Shown here: piece after piece, positions 61,901-64,000 of the stretch
Numbering within the stretch: position 1 is the first letter of the stretch
Layout of the letters: each line of letters opens with the position of its first letter
Assembly (NCBI GenBank): GCA_000934665.2
Contig: JYFJ02001471.1
Location: 1-64,000, forward strand
Length of the DNA stretch: 64,000 nucleotides
Source of the DNA: Catajapyx aquilonaris
Taxonomy: Eukaryota
Reading direction: 5' to 3'
Program-made: the position numbers and the translations under genes
Notes under the pieces: model-generated
Told to the model about the DNA's origin: nothing
What the model saw: only the letters and a program-made list of their open reading frames with translations
The model's database searches: none

Positions 61901-64000
61901 AAATGGGCACATTGTTTTAACAGGTAACCTTCAGAATCGCATGCAATGAGTAAAATTGATCACATGCACATTTGTTTCGAATATGACTGAACGTCAGCTA
62001 ATGGCATATTTAGAAAATGGGTCAGGATAACCTCCTCAAACCTGGGCTTGTGTCGTCTCTTGCTGAAAAACCTGGAACATAATGTTAGCTATTTGCTCCT
62101 ATTTGACTTAAAACGACTCGCACAATGCACAGTAGTAGACAAACACAAATCAACTTTGCTAGTAACACATTTATTGGTATTGGTATAAATTAATTTACAA
62201 ATAGTGATTTCACTCAATATGTAAGCTCAATGAAATGTGATACTTTCAACGAAGTTAATTATATATTTCAGTCTACTCGTTGCACCTTCACTTGTAATGC
62301 CACACCACAATTATTGTACCCGTGGTCTTCACACCTTCGCCATCAAATTGAGTCCGATTGGTTCATTTCTGCAGGACCACGACACTTCTTGCTCTTACCA
62401 ATCGCGATGCTACAAGCTGACCTCAGGAGTTAATGCGCCAAGCCACTGACTTGCAGGTCTCTAAACTTCTGGGAGGGAAATTCTTACACGAGGCGTCTGG
62501 TCGAGTCCTTTATAAGCAACACCCCCAACCCAGCCTGACTTTCCCCTCGACGTACCCACGCTGCCTTTTGTCTTAACAGCAGGTAGTGAAGCTGTAGAAA
62601 GAGCCGGCAACTGCGGATTTTTTTGCGTCATAGTGTTCCCGCCCATTGGGTACAATAATAACCTCGGGCTCTTTCCTGCTGGAGATATGTTTGTTATATC
62701 GCAGGGTGGCGTAAAATACCCTTTGTTAAGACATGGCTGCTGCATGTGCTTGAAGGATGGCTATCACCAATGCCTCATAGCGGGTGTTATGTCATAGTTA
62801 TAGCACTCTATTCCCGGAAGCTAAATATGTTGATATAGTGCGGAGGAGATGCGGTATTGTGCCCCCAGGAGAAATGAGTCAGCTAGACAGGTTCAGGTCG
62901 ATAATATTCATGGCGCCACTTTAACATTATTAAATGATATTATGCGATAGTTATGTCTTCATTGGCAGTATTTCATGAAAGCTAATAAGCATGTTTGTAT
63001 GTTTGCGCTTAATTAAGTCTGTGATATTGAAGATTCGAATAGTGGTTTATCAAAATCCGTCCCTGGCCCCCTATCAGATATGCCAGTTTCAACAGCAAAA
63101 GGGTTTAAAAACACAGATAATGCCGTCTTGGCATTGTGATAATGCCAGTGCAGTTATCATTGAGGTGGAGTAGTTGAGGGACGTTAACACGATTATTATG
63201 TAATAATATTGGCACCTAGGTATTTCAAGTTAAGTGGCACTTTTGATAAAAAATATTGGATCATTGTGTTATGTCGGGTATCAGCCACAACTATGCCGAT
63301 GAAAAATAACAATAAATGGACATTCGGACCAATTATTGGGGGTACTCCTTTGGTGCCTTTCCACTACCTACAAAGTTTCAGGGACACACCCAAATACACA
63401 CTACTGACCCTGCGTGTTTTTGGCATTCACTTGCTCCGGCCCTACTGTTGGAGCCGTTTGAAGTGTATATCAGGACTTGGACATCTAATTGGGATAAGAA
63501 GTAGGATACACTGATAATAGACCTGCACACTACCGATATTTCGTCAGCCGGAGATGGCGTGTACTTTGCACCTTCGCATCCCGCACAAAACTTGGGACCA
63601 CCCGACGTACATCGAATAGCGGTGTGCCCTAGAATGCGGGTAATCCAAGTGTTACGTATATTACGTAACATTTGGATTACCCGCATCGACGCAACCGCGC
63701 TAACCACAATGCCGCAATTCCGGATACAGGTGGGCGTTAATATCTGAATTCACATTGCGAATATTTGACACCAAATATGTATAGAATAAGAGGTGACCTA
63801 CCGGGGTGCCCTGACCGATCCGTACCGGCGGTTGAGCAGCCCCGACGCCAGTGCAGTGCACCGAAGGTGTGCTCGTGCCACCTAATATAGGCTGTGGCGC
63901 CGGCGCCCTTGCAAGAATTGCGCCAATCGATCCTTCAGCTCTCGCCAGGCCACCAGCGCACCACGTGCACACATGTGGTGGGGTCCCTCAACCCCACCGT

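Noticed and set aside
63962..63977. Paired E-boxes as a carbohydrate response element upstream of Tret1
   Set aside because: CACGTG and CATGTG are 4 nt apart, not the canonical 5, and lie at the window edge.

Overview
Gene-dense, intron-containing eukaryotic DNA from an arthropod (probably an insect or other pancrustacean; inferred from the shark and Tret1 genes and the DRE promoter motifs, species not determinable). Eight spliced protein-coding genes were reconstructed by hand from splice sites and frame continuity: U2SURP/SR140 (+, 19 exons, one GC-AG intron), LCMT1 (-), POLD3 (+), a chordin-like CHRDL1/2-type gene (+, 10 exons, 3 VWC domains plus the CHRDL C-terminal domain), ACADVL (+), shark (-), the first coding exon of Roc2/RNF7 (+), and a trehalose transporter Tret1 (-, two alternative N-terminal exons) lying antisense inside the Roc2 intron. 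There are two head-to-head promoters and two tight tail-to-tail junctions. Introns hold many palindromic non-autonomous DNA transposons and tRNA-derived SINEs, including a three-layer nested insertion. The best leads are evolutionary: a CHRDL gene next to POLD3 (as POLD3-CHRDL2 in human) and Tret1 nested in Roc2 (as in Drosophila). No prokaryote-style novel system, CRISPR array, rRNA or intact tRNA was found. All homology and synteny statements are from recall, not database searches.
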